Source of the DNA: an uncultured Candidatus Saccharibacteria bacterium
Lineage (GTDB): Bacteria > Patescibacteriota > Dojkabacteria > SC72
Length of the DNA: 64,000 bases
Assembly (NCBI GenBank): GCA_964560525.1
Contig: CAZLLO010000001.1
Location: forward strand, 6,656-70,655
Direction: 5' to 3'
Shown here: positions 29,576 through 39,851 of the stretch, one piece after another
Layout: every line of letters begins with the position of its first letter
Position numbering within the stretch: the stretch's first letter is position 1
Notes under the pieces: model-generated
Seen by the model: the letters and a program-made list of their open reading frames with translations, nothing else
Told to the model about the DNA's origin: nothing
Databases searched by the model: none
Program-made: the position numbers and the translations under genes

Positions 29576-32107
29576 CTAAGATTCCAAATTTAATTTCTCT
29601 AACAATTCTTTCTGTTTCTGTTGTAATCTTGCATTAAAAATAATGTGGTAATCAAAGTTAGGGTTTTGTTTTTGGAAATCTCTGAATCCTAATTCTTTCG
29701 CAAATACCTCATTTGTGATTCTTCTATCTCCTTTTTCGTAATCTTCTTTGTTTCTTGAGTAGTCAATCTTTTTATCATCTTCTTTAACTTCAATAACAAT
29801 AAATCTTCCTTTACTCGTCTCTATTAAGAAATCTGGGAAATACCTACTGATCTTTTCTTTCGAGGGATTCCAATATTCGAAGAAAAAATCTGTATGGACA
29901 GAGTCTGTTACGTTTCCTGTAAAATATAAATCTATAACTACCTCATCAGGACTTAATATTTCTCTTAGATACAAAAATAATTCTTTTTCGTCTGTTGTGT
30001 CAAAAGAATATGGGTTTATATGAAATCCTAATCTCCCATTCTCTAAATCTTCCTGATAAACTACAAGGCTTTCTCTATTTTTATCTCGACTTAATTTAAA
30101 TGGGAAATTCTTTGTTAATTCAAGTTCCTCCTCTACAATCGTCCTCTCCTCTTCATATTTATATAACTGGCTCGTAATATCATTCGCAATACTGTTTGTA
30201 ACATATGTAGAATTTCTATTTGTTAAACAATCGCAATTATCAATATTGTTAGCTTTAAATATCTCTTCAACATCTAAGCAAGGTACATGGGTTTTCAAAG
30301 ATAAATTTGCTACAAAGTGTATATATGATTGTTGAGATTCTTCCCACTTAATATCAACTTCTTTTCGTTTATTTATAAAAGCTGTATGAGAGTCTTCATT
30401 CAATTTAATACCACCTTCCTTTTTAATTCCTTCCACAGAAGATTTTATGTACTCGCCCAAAGGTTTTAGCTTTATATCCTCTAGCTTCTTGTTTTCTATG
30501 TTTTTTATTTCGGTTAAGATTTTCTTTACCTTTATCTTTCTTGTTTTTAATACATTCAATGCTAAATCCAACTTTTCAACATTCTGTTGTTCTAAATCTG
30601 CCCTTGTTACAGAGAAATTCCTTTGCAATTCTTTATCTAATATCAAAGCATTTTCATCTGATAAGAATATAGTTGCAAAAGTAGAATTATCTCCAATAGA
30701 TCGCATACATCTTGTAGATGCCTGAAGAACAAAAATAGCGCTTGTAGGCTTCCTGTAAAGGGCGGTAGCCACCAAGGAACGAACATTCCATCCTTCAGTA
30801 CCTTTTCCTACTAAAAGTATAAATTGCTTTTTACTTTCATCCGTGTCCAGTTTCAAAAATTCATCCCTACTTTCTTCTTTCTCTGTATGGTATTCTAATA
30901 TACTTTCTAAAGGGATACCTTTTTTAGAAAGTATTTTTTCCAACAAAGGTCTCAGATTCTGCTGCAGATCTTCAATGCTACTAGAATAAAAAGCTATCTT
31001 GGGAAGTTTTCCTTCTAATTTTAGTCCTTGGTAACGATTTGTAAAGACATTTACAACCTCTGAAACGAAATCATCTGATTTAACATTCTCATATTCAACA
31101 AAATTAACTCGTTTCAAGATACCCTCCTCAATACCTTGTTTTAAACCAAAATAATATACAACATCACTAATAAGTTTGTTATTCACATATGGAGTACCCG
31201 TAAAATTCACCACATTTACCAAAGGAGTCTGGGCTTCTTCATTTAAGAATTTTATCGTTTGTCTTGTCTTCTTAAGTGTATTATCAAGATTAGTTCCATA
31301 AGAATGGTGCGCTTCATCAACAAAGATGGCTAAATTAGAAAGTCCTTTTATAGCATCCCTTCTATAATTAGCATGGAATTGCTTCTCTCTATCCGCTTCA
31401 TTTAAAAGAATCTGCCCAGACTTCAAAGTATTATTTTTTTTCTTTAATATAATTTTTTGAGAGTTTGAAACAATAACATTATAGTTTCCAATAAAATTAA
31501 CAGGTGTTTCTGTGCTCTCTAAATAGTGATATTTGATATTCAAGACAATGTTTTCATATTCTTTTGGAACAACAGTTCTATAATCAAAGGATTTTATTTC
31601 CTTTAAACTCTCAATTATTGTTGTATCAGGAGCAAAAACAAGAATGTTTTTAGCAAATCTTGAATCGGGATATCGAGAAGACAGTATAAACTCATACATT
31701 ATCATTGTACCCATTAACAGAGTCTTGCCAGAACCCATTGTAAGAGCATATACCTGATTAGGATAGGCGAATTGTCCATATTCTTTCTCTACCAACTTCT
31801 TGATCTTGGTTTCTTTTTCAGGATCATAGGCTAAATTTAGAACCTCTTCGTTTGATAACGAGAAACTAGAAATTAAATCTCTTTCAGACTCATAAAGATT
31901 AGGAATTATTTCTGCAGTTGTTTTATTTCCCAATATCTCTTTGAGATATACATAAGTTTCAAAGGCTTCTTTTTGCGGAGTATAAAGATAGTTGATTTTG
32001 TATATATGCTTTAATATGTTTCTTGTTTCTTTTGTAACACCAGGATAATCAGCTAATTTCCAAGATTCTACTTTTATTTTTAATTTTTCGAAGAGGAGAC
32101 TATTCAT
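29576..32107 (-). CDS. res: Type III restriction endonuclease subunit
   Basis: TMGSGKT, DEAHH, TGTP, EGW helicase motifs; C-terminal YFPDF...IEVK nuclease. Confidence 0.9.
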   Translation of the reverse strand: MNSLLFEKLKIKVESWKLADYPGVTKETRNILKHIYKINYLYTPQKEAFETYVYLKEILGNKTTAEIIPNLYESERDLISSFSLSNEEVLNLAYDPEKETKIKKLVEKEYGQFAYPNQVYALTMGSGKTLLMGTMIMYEFILSSRYPDSRFAKNILVFAPDTTIIESLKEIKSFDYRTVVPKEYENIVLNIKYHYLESTETPVNFIGNYNVIVSNSQKIILKKKNNTLKSGQILLNEADREKQFHANYRRDAIKGLSNLAIFVDEAHHSYGTNLDNTLKKTRQTIKFLNEEAQTPLVNVVNFTGTPYVNNKLISDVVYYFGLKQGIEEGILKRVNFVEYENVKSDDFVSEVVNVFTNRYQGLKLEGKLPKIAFYSSSIEDLQQNLRPLLEKILSKKGIPLESILEYHTEKEESRDEFLKLDTDESKKQFILLVGKGTEGWNVRSLVATALYRKPTSAIFVLQASTRCMRSIGDNSTFATIFLSDENALILDKELQRNFSVTRADLEQQNVEKLDLALNVLKTRKIKVKKILTEIKNIENKKLEDIKLKPLGEYIKSSVEGIKKEGGIKLNEDSHTAFINKRKEVDIKWEESQQSYIHFVANLSLKTHVPCLDVEEIFKANNIDNCDCLTNRNSTYVTNSIANDITSQLYKYEEERTIVEEELELTKNFPFKLSRDKNRESLVVYQEDLENGRLGFHINPYSFDTTDEKELFLYLREILSPDEVVIDLYFTGNVTDSVHTDFFFEYWNPSKEKISRYFPDFLIETSKGRFIVIEVKEDDKKIDYSRNKEDYEKGDRRITNEVFAKELGFRDFQKQNPNFDYHIIFNARLQQKQKELLEKLNLES

Positions 32108-33923
32108 TTTTCTTAAGGTTTATTTCAAATGTTTCAAAATACTCTTCTCCTAAGACATCAATTATCTTCACCGCAACTATATTCTTCTCATTACTCTTAT
32201 TTTCATATTCATATTTAGCAGATATCAAATTCTTTCTATCTGGTAAATCCATAATTTCAGCATTGAACAATTTCCCATTGTAATTAGTATCAATACATAC
32301 ACTGTCAATGATTTGTTTAAAATCTTCCACATACACATTTTCCTTGGAATCAAGCTGCTTTTCATTCTCAAGTTCCAACTTCTTTATGAGAATAGGAGAA
32401 TGAAAATCTCTGATTTCAATAAGAACCTTTTTATCACTAGCTTTTACTTCTACCTTTGCTTCTGGTAGTTGTTTAAATATGAGATTTTTATTATCAGCCT
32501 GGATATCTTTAACTTCAACTTTTACACCTGTTTTGTTTTCTTTCCTCAGATACTCTAAAGCATCTAGTTCTACTCCAGAGGCAATAATTATGACTTCTTG
32601 TTCATAAATTTCCTCCTCCTGAGAAGATGTCGTTTTTCCAGTAAACTGATCTATACCCTTTTCTATTTCTCTTATAACATTCTCGATATCTAACTTGTTA
32701 AGCACTCTATTTAGGGGCATTACCTTTACAAGGTTATCATCGAGTACTCCATCAAAATAACTTTGTTTAATTGGTTCTACACCATATATATCCATTATTA
32801 TTTCTTTTGACTCAATTTCATTCTTAAAAATATCATAGTCATTTACATTGTAAACTTTAAAAGATCTTAAGCCTTTGTATTCTTCTACTAGTTTCTGTTG
32901 TTTTTGATCCTCGATTATTTGATTTAATCTTTTCGTTGTAGTTTGTATAGCTCCAAGATTAATATCACATCCTATCCACCTTCTTCCCAATTCCTGTGCT
33001 ACTGCTAGAGTCGTACCACTTCCACAGAAACAATCCAAAACTAAATCACCAGGGTTAGAGGAAGCTTTAACAATTCTTTCAAGTAAAGTCACAGGCTTTT
33101 GTGTTGGATAAGAAGTTCTTTCCGTTTCATCTCTTTGTGAAATAATTCCCATATCCCAAACATCATCAGCATTTTTCAAATCATCTACATAATATGTATA
33201 TACCTTACCATTCGCTCTTACCTCTTGATATCTTTTCCCTTCTTTATCTGTTTTAAAATAACCACTAAAGCTACCCTCATCCGTATTTCTTTTTACACCC
33301 GCTTCGTGTCCATTATAATTCCACTCCTCACCTTTCCTGTACCATAAAATAGTATCATGTTTCCTATTAAACCAAGTATTACTTCGCCCTCCACCATTTT
33401 TGTAATACCATATAATTTCATTCAAAATATTCTTCTCTCCAAATATTTCATCTAACACTAATCTTAATTGAGCAACTTTCCTATAATCCAAATGTACAAA
33501 AATTGTGCCATTTTCTGCAAGAAGTTCTTTCAGTATGATTAATCTTTCATACATAAATTGTAAGTATTCATCATTTGCCCATATATCGGAATATTGCTTT
33601 TCCTCTAGCAAACTTCCTTGAGTACCTTCAACATTCAAACCTCTTAATTTAACTTTTTTTATGTAATCTGCGCTGCTATCAAAAGGGGGATCTATATATA
33701 TCAGGTCTATTTTCCCCCGATACATCTTAAGTAAATGAGATAACACCTGCAAATTGTCTCCCCAAAATAACTTGTTAAACTCTTTTGTATTAAAATCACC
33801 ATAAACTTCTTTCTCTTGTGCAGGAAAATATTCAACAGATTCTAAAGGTTTTTTGCCAATCCAATGAAGCATAGGCCTTCCCTTAATAGGAGATATCGTT
33901 TGAATATCATTCTGTTTGGACAT
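32100..33923 (-). CDS. mod: Type III DNA methyltransferase subunit
   Basis: GDNL, IYIDPPF, YPTQKP, DCFCGSGTT; overlaps res. Confidence 0.92.
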   Translation of the reverse strand: MSKQNDIQTISPIKGRPMLHWIGKKPLESVEYFPAQEKEVYGDFNTKEFNKLFWGDNLQVLSHLLKMYRGKIDLIYIDPPFDSSADYIKKVKLRGLNVEGTQGSLLEEKQYSDIWANDEYLQFMYERLIILKELLAENGTIFVHLDYRKVAQLRLVLDEIFGEKNILNEIIWYYKNGGGRSNTWFNRKHDTILWYRKGEEWNYNGHEAGVKRNTDEGSFSGYFKTDKEGKRYQEVRANGKVYTYYVDDLKNADDVWDMGIISQRDETERTSYPTQKPVTLLERIVKASSNPGDLVLDCFCGSGTTLAVAQELGRRWIGCDINLGAIQTTTKRLNQIIEDQKQQKLVEEYKGLRSFKVYNVNDYDIFKNEIESKEIIMDIYGVEPIKQSYFDGVLDDNLVKVMPLNRVLNKLDIENVIREIEKGIDQFTGKTTSSQEEEIYEQEVIIIASGVELDALEYLRKENKTGVKVEVKDIQADNKNLIFKQLPEAKVEVKASDKKVLIEIRDFHSPILIKKLELENEKQLDSKENVYVEDFKQIIDSVCIDTNYNGKLFNAEIMDLPDRKNLISAKYEYENKSNEKNIVAVKIIDVLGEEYFETFEINLKKNE

Positions 33924-34052
33924 TGTGATTAGTAATTAGTTTAAATAAATCGGTAATAGTTATTTCCAATTCTTAAAGAATCTAATGACAAATAAAAAGA
34001 AGCCTCCGCTTATAACTCTAATATACACTACAGGTGTTTGAAAAGAAATATA

Positions 34053-34598
34053 TTAACTCTTATTTTGATTAGGTTTTACCTCGTTTGTTTTTTTCTTCCT
34101 TACATACCCCAATACCTTCTTTAAAGAATATAGATCTAATATATACTTAGAATATCCTTGTAATAATGTACTAAACCTCTTGTTAGCAGCAATAATCTTT
34201 TCTAATTTGTTATTCTTCTCTAAATATTCTATTAAACATAGGAAATCCCCATCCCCTGTACATATAATGGCAGAATCATAATTAGGATATTCAATCATAC
34301 AATGTAAAACCATCTCAGCATCCACATTACCCTTGTAAGTAGTAACCTCATCCTTAGTAACAGCCAATACCTTCTTGTATATAACTATGAACCCTTCCTT
34401 CTCCAATCTCTTGTATAGATCCTCATTAGTATCAATATACCCAATGAATAGGTATGCCTTCTCTACACCGAATGTATTCCTTAGATATTCCCTAAACTTA
34501 CCCCAATCCATATTCCATCGTTTAGCAGATACACCCATATTAATATTCTGACTATCTATAAATGCATATATTTTCTTTTTGTTTTCCATATATTTCAT
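34053..34598 (-). CDS. NYN (LabA/DUF88) domain protein
   Basis: FIDSQN, KGNVDAE, GDGDF. Confidence 0.9.
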   Translation of the reverse strand: MKYMENKKKIYAFIDSQNINMGVSAKRWNMDWGKFREYLRNTFGVEKAYLFIGYIDTNEDLYKRLEKEGFIVIYKKVLAVTKDEVTTYKGNVDAEMVLHCMIEYPNYDSAIICTGDGDFLCLIEYLEKNNKLEKIIAANKRFSTLLQGYSKYILDLYSLKKVLGYVRKKKTNEVKPNQNKS

Positions 34599-34700
34599 TA
34601 TATACCCATTATTGGATTAAACCTAAATATGGATATATTTGCAAAATTTCAATCTAACATTTACAATCACGTTTCTGTTTAATTTTAAAATACAAGACTA

Positions 34701-35006
34701 ATGCCAGGATTTGTAACACTCGATAATGGAAAAACTATATACAGAGAACATACCCCCTCTGCAACTCCTAACTCAAGTCGTGACTCTGAACAAGTATATT
34801 ATGGAAATATTGCAAGGATAGGGAGAATGAAAGAAATGAGGAAGGAGAACCCTAATTCATATACAGAGCAAGAAATTAGCAAAGAAATAGCACTTGCAGC
34901 TGAGAAATATGATATGGATCCTGTAGATTATACTGCTGAAATTGATCTCTATATTGAATCACAAAAGTCAGAAAGTTCTATAGAGACAAACGAACCTCAA
35001 ATGTAG
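34701..35006 (+). CDS. Hypothetical protein
   Basis: 101-aa ORF, no motif recognised. Confidence 0.5.
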   Translation: MPGFVTLDNGKTIYREHTPSATPNSSRDSEQVYYGNIARIGRMKEMRKENPNSYTEQEISKEIALAAEKYDMDPVDYTAEIDLYIESQKSESSIETNEPQM

Positions 35007-36111
35007 CTCCCTTGCCATCTACATATTGTATAGTTCCATTATGCTTCTCAATAATCTCCTTAGTTATAGCTAACCCTAAACCACTACCCCCAGTCTTTCT
35101 AGATCTAGACTTATCAACTCTATAGAACCTATCAAATATTCTTCCCTGTTTATCCTTAGGAACACCCACTCCATCATCCTTAAACGTAATTAATATGTCT
35201 TTTTTGTTCTTCTTTAAATCAATATTCAAATTCTTCCCTTGAGAATACTTAATACTATTCTCTATCAAATTTTGAAAAGCTCTCTTTAGTAAAACATCAT
35301 TACCTAAAACCTCAATATCATGTCCATCATTAAAAGAGATATTAAATTCTTTTCCATCAACTAATCTTCTAGCGTCAGTAACTGCCTCATCTAAAAGATT
35401 TCTTAGATTTAATTCCTTCTTCTCAAACTCTACATCTACTAATGAAAGAAGTAGTAAATCCTCTGTTAATTTGTTCATAAATATAATTGATTTTTTAGAA
35501 TCATCTAACATATTGAACAAATCCTTTTGTGGTATTTTAGAATCTGCAAGAATGCTATCTACGTTAGCTTGAATAACTGCCAATGGTGTCTTCAACTCAT
35601 GAGAAGCATTTTCAACAAATTCCTTTTGAGCTTCAAAAGATCTACCTAACTGCTCGGACATATCATTAAAACTTTGTATAACCTCAGAAATCTCATCTCC
35701 CTTATCATCAAACTCTATCTTCTCTCCTAGATTCTTCGTAGACTTCTTCTTCATTTCTTCTTTTAACTTCTCCAAAGGTTTTAAACTATTATCTGCAATT
35801 AAATAACCTCCACCAAAACTCAATATGACAAATGGAATCATCGCATAGATAGAAATTAAACGAATATTTGCTAAATCATTCTGTCTAGACTCTTTTAATA
35901 ATTCTCGCTTTTCCTCATTTAGATTCTCAAAGAAGCCTACATCATTAAAGCCAACTAATCTTGGAGATCCTATATCTTTTTGCATATAGTCAACTACAAA
36001 GATATTCATGACCAGGAAGAATCCTACACAAAGAACCAGTAGGATTCCTGAATACAGTAAGGACATTTTAAATTTTAAAGATTTAAAAAACTTTTTCATA
36101 TCATTATTCAT
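34978..36111 (-). CDS. HAMP-containing sensor histidine kinase
   Basis: Two TMs, HAMP, ASHELKTPL, NLIENSIKY, DDGVG, GSGLGL. Confidence 0.95.
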   Translation of the reverse strand: MNNDMKKFFKSLKFKMSLLYSGILLVLCVGFFLVMNIFVVDYMQKDIGSPRLVGFNDVGFFENLNEEKRELLKESRQNDLANIRLISIYAMIPFVILSFGGGYLIADNSLKPLEKLKEEMKKKSTKNLGEKIEFDDKGDEISEVIQSFNDMSEQLGRSFEAQKEFVENASHELKTPLAVIQANVDSILADSKIPQKDLFNMLDDSKKSIIFMNKLTEDLLLLSLVDVEFEKKELNLRNLLDEAVTDARRLVDGKEFNISFNDGHDIEVLGNDVLLKRAFQNLIENSIKYSQGKNLNIDLKKNKKDILITFKDDGVGVPKDKQGRIFDRFYRVDKSRSRKTGGSGLGLAITKEIIEKHNGTIQYVDGKGATFEVRLSL

Positions 36112-37972
36112 TTTTTATAGCTTCCACAGGACTCACCTTAGAAGCAGACAAAGAAGTTATTATCGATATTATACTTGATATTCCAATTAATAGCGCAGTA
36201 TATATACCAATAGAGACCCAATTAATACCTGAGAACAAACTTGCATCTACACCATTAACAACATTAAAGGTTTTTGCAACGGTCTCTGTTAGGAATGTCC
36301 CAAACCAATTTGATACAAAATGGCCTGCTAAGAAATTGAACCCTATACCTAGTACAACACCCCCTACATACCCAATCAATACATACAAAAGAGATTGAGA
36401 TATGAACATAGAGAGAATTGCACTCTTTCTCATACCGATAGCTCTAAAGATACCAATTTCTCGTATACTCTCAGATATGAATTTACTCATGGTTAAAGCT
36501 ACAATTGCAGTAACTAAGACTATGAAGCTAATCATAAAGACCTTAGATACCGTGTTTAACGTATCTTCTAACTCATCAAATACTGCAACATCATCTGTTC
36601 CTCTAACCGCGTATCCTGCAGTATTTAAAGCTTCTATGACACTATCTCTATTGGCTACATTGTCTATAATGACATTCATAGTATCTGCTTTTTTCGTTGA
36701 ACTCGTATATATAGTTGAATCATCCACAGTACCTACCACAGCATTATCATCATCAACCTCGATTACTAATCCAGGTATTAAATATCCCGAAGCATCAAAT
36801 GATCCAATACCCATACCCTCAGGAGGAGCACCTTCAGGTCTAGTCTGAGTTGTACCTGAAGAAGATGAAGAACTCATATCTCTCATTCTATTCATCATTT
36901 GCCCCATCATTCCATTTGTACTGGTTGTTAGTTCAACACCATCGTATGTGATACCTGTGAAAGAAGAATTCAACACATCAGTACTAATCTCAGTACCATT
37001 TCTAGCATTAATCTCATGTGCGATATAGTCGGTCATCAATGTATCAGCAAAATTCTCAGGAATATATGCAGTGCTATTAGTAACACTTGCATCATCTATG
37101 ACTCCTACGACTACAAATGTATACATTATTGGAGTAGAAATTTTTTCATAATCCCAATATTCAGAGATTGCAGTTTCTCTCTCGGAAACTTTAGTAGCCA
37201 ATTCTTCATCTGTTAATTTAGTTATAACCTCAGTTCCAGAACTTCTACTTGTAGTATAGTCTTGAATATCACTTAAGTTCCCGATCTGTAATGTAAAGGT
37301 AGTCCCAACGAGAGTATCTTTATCATAATCAATAGCTTCAGATTTCAAGAATGATAGCCTTTGTGTAGGAGCACCTGAAGTAGAATCTCTCTTCATACTG
37401 GACATATCCATTGTTATACTTGTGCTATCACCCCAATCCTCATACGAATATGTTAGGGAACTAGAATTTAAGATAATTGGAATAGCCTCTCCCTCTGTAT
37501 ATGTAAAATCTTCAGTTGTATATAATTCTGAGGTATTTGTATCTAATGTAGAAAGTGAATTCAACTCAACTGTTTTATCTGCAAAAAGATCTGTTGTTTT
37601 AATATTACTAACAGGAAGAGTAGATTGAAGACTTACATTTTCAACATTTTTTAAAGCTGCAACAACCTGTTCATCTAGACTAGAGAAGCTATCACTTTCA
37701 GCACTATTGGTACTATTAAACATCTGAGAGGGATCAAAGCCTCCACTAGTAGAACTAGGACTGGATTGAGTACTCACCTGGATAAGCTTATACGATTCAG
37801 CTATAGTTCCAAACACACTGTTTGCAGCTGCAGCTTGTATATTTTGAACTTGGCTTGAGAGAATTACACTGAGTGTAATAAGAACAAATATTGGAATTAT
37901 TAAAAACAAAGCTTTCTTAGTCTTTGTCTTGAGTTTCTTAATATTAATTAAGAGGATGTCTTTCAGTTTCAT
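36104..37972 (-). CDS. FtsX/MacB-type ABC permease with large acidic extracellular domain
   Basis: N-terminal TM, REIGIFRAIG, C-terminal TMs, SPVEAIK. Confidence 0.85.
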   Translation of the reverse strand: MKLKDILLINIKKLKTKTKKALFLIIPIFVLITLSVILSSQVQNIQAAAANSVFGTIAESYKLIQVSTQSSPSSTSGGFDPSQMFNSTNSAESDSFSSLDEQVVAALKNVENVSLQSTLPVSNIKTTDLFADKTVELNSLSTLDTNTSELYTTEDFTYTEGEAIPIILNSSSLTYSYEDWGDSTSITMDMSSMKRDSTSGAPTQRLSFLKSEAIDYDKDTLVGTTFTLQIGNLSDIQDYTTSRSSGTEVITKLTDEELATKVSERETAISEYWDYEKISTPIMYTFVVVGVIDDASVTNSTAYIPENFADTLMTDYIAHEINARNGTEISTDVLNSSFTGITYDGVELTTSTNGMMGQMMNRMRDMSSSSSSGTTQTRPEGAPPEGMGIGSFDASGYLIPGLVIEVDDDNAVVGTVDDSTIYTSSTKKADTMNVIIDNVANRDSVIEALNTAGYAVRGTDDVAVFDELEDTLNTVSKVFMISFIVLVTAIVALTMSKFISESIREIGIFRAIGMRKSAILSMFISQSLLYVLIGYVGGVVLGIGFNFLAGHFVSNWFGTFLTETVAKTFNVVNGVDASLFSGINWVSIGIYTALLIGISSIISIITSLSASKVSPVEAIKNE

Positions 37973-37992
37973 TTTAAAAAATTAGTAATATA

Positions 37993-38670
37993 TTAATTAT
38001 TTTTTACTGAACCACTCTCAAGCTTTATAACTCGAGAAAATCTTTTTGCAATATTCTCATCATGAGTAATCATGATTACACTCATACCATTATCCTTAGA
38101 AAGGCTCTCCAGAATATCTATCACCATCTTTGAATTCGCTTTATCTAATTTCCCCGTAGGCTCATCAGCAAAAATAATTTTTGGATCATTGGCTAAAGCC
38201 CTTGCCACAGCAACCCTCTGTTGCTCTCCTCCAGACAGCTGTCTGGGCAAGTGATTAGCTCTATGAGAAAGACCCACTTTCTCTAGAAGTTTCAAGGCTT
38301 TAGCTTCAGCATCAATTCTTTCCATTCCAGCTACCAGCATCGGCAACATAACATTTTCCTTAGCCGTAAAAAAATCATGTAGATTTATCATCTGAAAAAT
38401 GAATCCCATTGTTTTATTTCTAAAATCAGAAATTTCACTATCTGACATATTTTTAATACTCTGACCAGATATGATGACATCTCCGGATGTCATAGTATCT
38501 AATCCCCCAGCCAATTGAAGTAATGTGGTCTTACCTGAACCAGATGGTCCAAGAATTGCCAGATCAAAACCATCAGGGAGCGAGAAACTAACATTGTTTA
38601 ATGCAGTTACTTCTATATCCCCATCTGCATATTTCTTTGTTAATTTCTTAACCTCTAAAATATTACCCAT
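37993..38670 (-). CDS. ABC transporter ATP-binding protein (LolD/MacB-like)
   Basis: GPSGSGKTT, LSGGEQQR, ADEPTG. Confidence 0.95.
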   Translation of the reverse strand: MGNILEVKKLTKKYADGDIEVTALNNVSFSLPDGFDLAILGPSGSGKTTLLQLAGGLDTMTSGDVIISGQSIKNMSDSEISDFRNKTMGFIFQMINLHDFFTAKENVMLPMLVAGMERIDAEAKALKLLEKVGLSHRANHLPRQLSGGEQQRVAVARALANDPKIIFADEPTGKLDKANSKMVIDILESLSKDNGMSVIMITHDENIAKRFSRVIKLESGSVKNN

Positions 38671-38722
38671 GTTATGAGATAAAAACTATAATTTATATAG
38701 GAAGCAATTTACGCAAAATGCA

Positions 38723-38738
38723 GTGAAACGAATGTGAA
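38723..38738 (-). promoter_or_regulatory. Putative OmpR-type response-regulator box
   Basis: Minus strand TTCAC-N6-TTCAC (11-bp period) between the regulator gene and the ABC ATPase. Confidence 0.5.
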
Positions 38739-38742
38739 GTGG

Positions 38743-39411
38743 TTAACAGTTGATACAATACCCTTTTCCCCTAATAGTCTTGATATACCTTTTCTTTGGA
38801 TCAACTTTTTTTCTTAATGTCTTGATATGTGTTTTTACCGTTTCAGAAAACATATCTATTTCTCTATCCCATACATGTTCTAGAAGAGATTCTGAAGAGA
38901 TAATGTCACCTTTACTTCGAAGAAGGTACTGTAATACACCCATTTCCTTATTACTAAGTGATATTTCTTTCCCCTTTTTATTATCTATCACAAGATTCCT
39001 GTCTGGATATACAACGTAATCTCCAAATGTAAGATTCTCTTCCTTGTTAAGGCTACTCCTTTTAATAACTGCATTAATTCTTGCAACTAATTCCTTCAAA
39101 TCAAATGGCTTAGTTACATAATCATCTGCTCCCTGGGTAAAACCCTTAAGTTTGTCATATACCTGAGATCTTGCAGTAACCATAATTATGGGAACAAGAT
39201 TCTCATCTTCTCGGATTTTCTTAGCCACCTCTATACCATCGACTCCAGGAATATTTAAATCTAACAAAATACAATCATATTCATTCATACCCACCATATC
39301 CAATGCTTCTTGTCCATCACCTGCCTCATCTACTGTGAAGTTATTTTTTTCTAAAAAATATTTCACAGGTCTTCTTAAACTCTCTTCATCTTCTACTAAT
39401 AGTAATTTCAT
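38743..39411 (-). CDS. OmpR-family response regulator
   Basis: LVEDE, LLDLNIPGVDG, GADDYVTKPF, TIRGKGY. Confidence 0.95.
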   Translation of the reverse strand: MKLLLVEDEESLRRPVKYFLEKNNFTVDEAGDGQEALDMVGMNEYDCILLDLNIPGVDGIEVAKKIREDENLVPIIMVTARSQVYDKLKGFTQGADDYVTKPFDLKELVARINAVIKRSSLNKEENLTFGDYVVYPDRNLVIDNKKGKEISLSNKEMGVLQYLLRSKGDIISSESLLEHVWDREIDMFSETVKTHIKTLRKKVDPKKRYIKTIRGKGYCINC

Positions 39412-39440
39412 AATATATCAATTATATAACTTAAATATAC

Positions 39441-39465
39441 AAAAGGGGGACCATTGGTCCCCCCT
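39441..39465 (-). terminator. Intrinsic terminator
   Basis: GGGGGACC-ATT-GGTCCCCC hairpin, followed by TTTT on the minus strand. Confidence 0.75.
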
Positions 39466-39851
39466 CAGACTTACCAATCTGCTCTCTGCCATCAACCTGG
39501 TCCCTTGCTATCTTCAATGAGCCATATTAAATACCCCAAATTTTTGTTTTTCATAATAGCTTGTCTTTAGAACTTAGCTTTGTACCTTTTTTTGAATAGA
39601 AATAGCTTGTTTTATGCAGTAATATTTAAAATATTGTTTGTGCTGCTTGTATACAAAGGCTTACATTTCTTTTTAGAGATTTTTTCTCATCATTTAAAAG
39701 TACATGTTCATGATATGCTCCGTTAGGTGAAGTCCCGGGAAAGTCCAGAAACACTGGTATAGCGTGGTTTAATTACAAACATTTGACGAAAACCTAAGAT
39801 ATCTCTACAATGTAATTCCAAGTATATATACCTAATTTTTACCAGAAATAT

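Noticed and set aside
32100-33923. Phase-variable mod (phasevarion)
   Set aside because: No simple-sequence repeat tract is visible in or upstream of the gene.
39738-39746. GGAAAGTCC resembling the RNase P RNA signature
   Set aside because: The downstream conserved elements and the length needed for RNase P RNA are absent; a CDS starts about 100 bp later.
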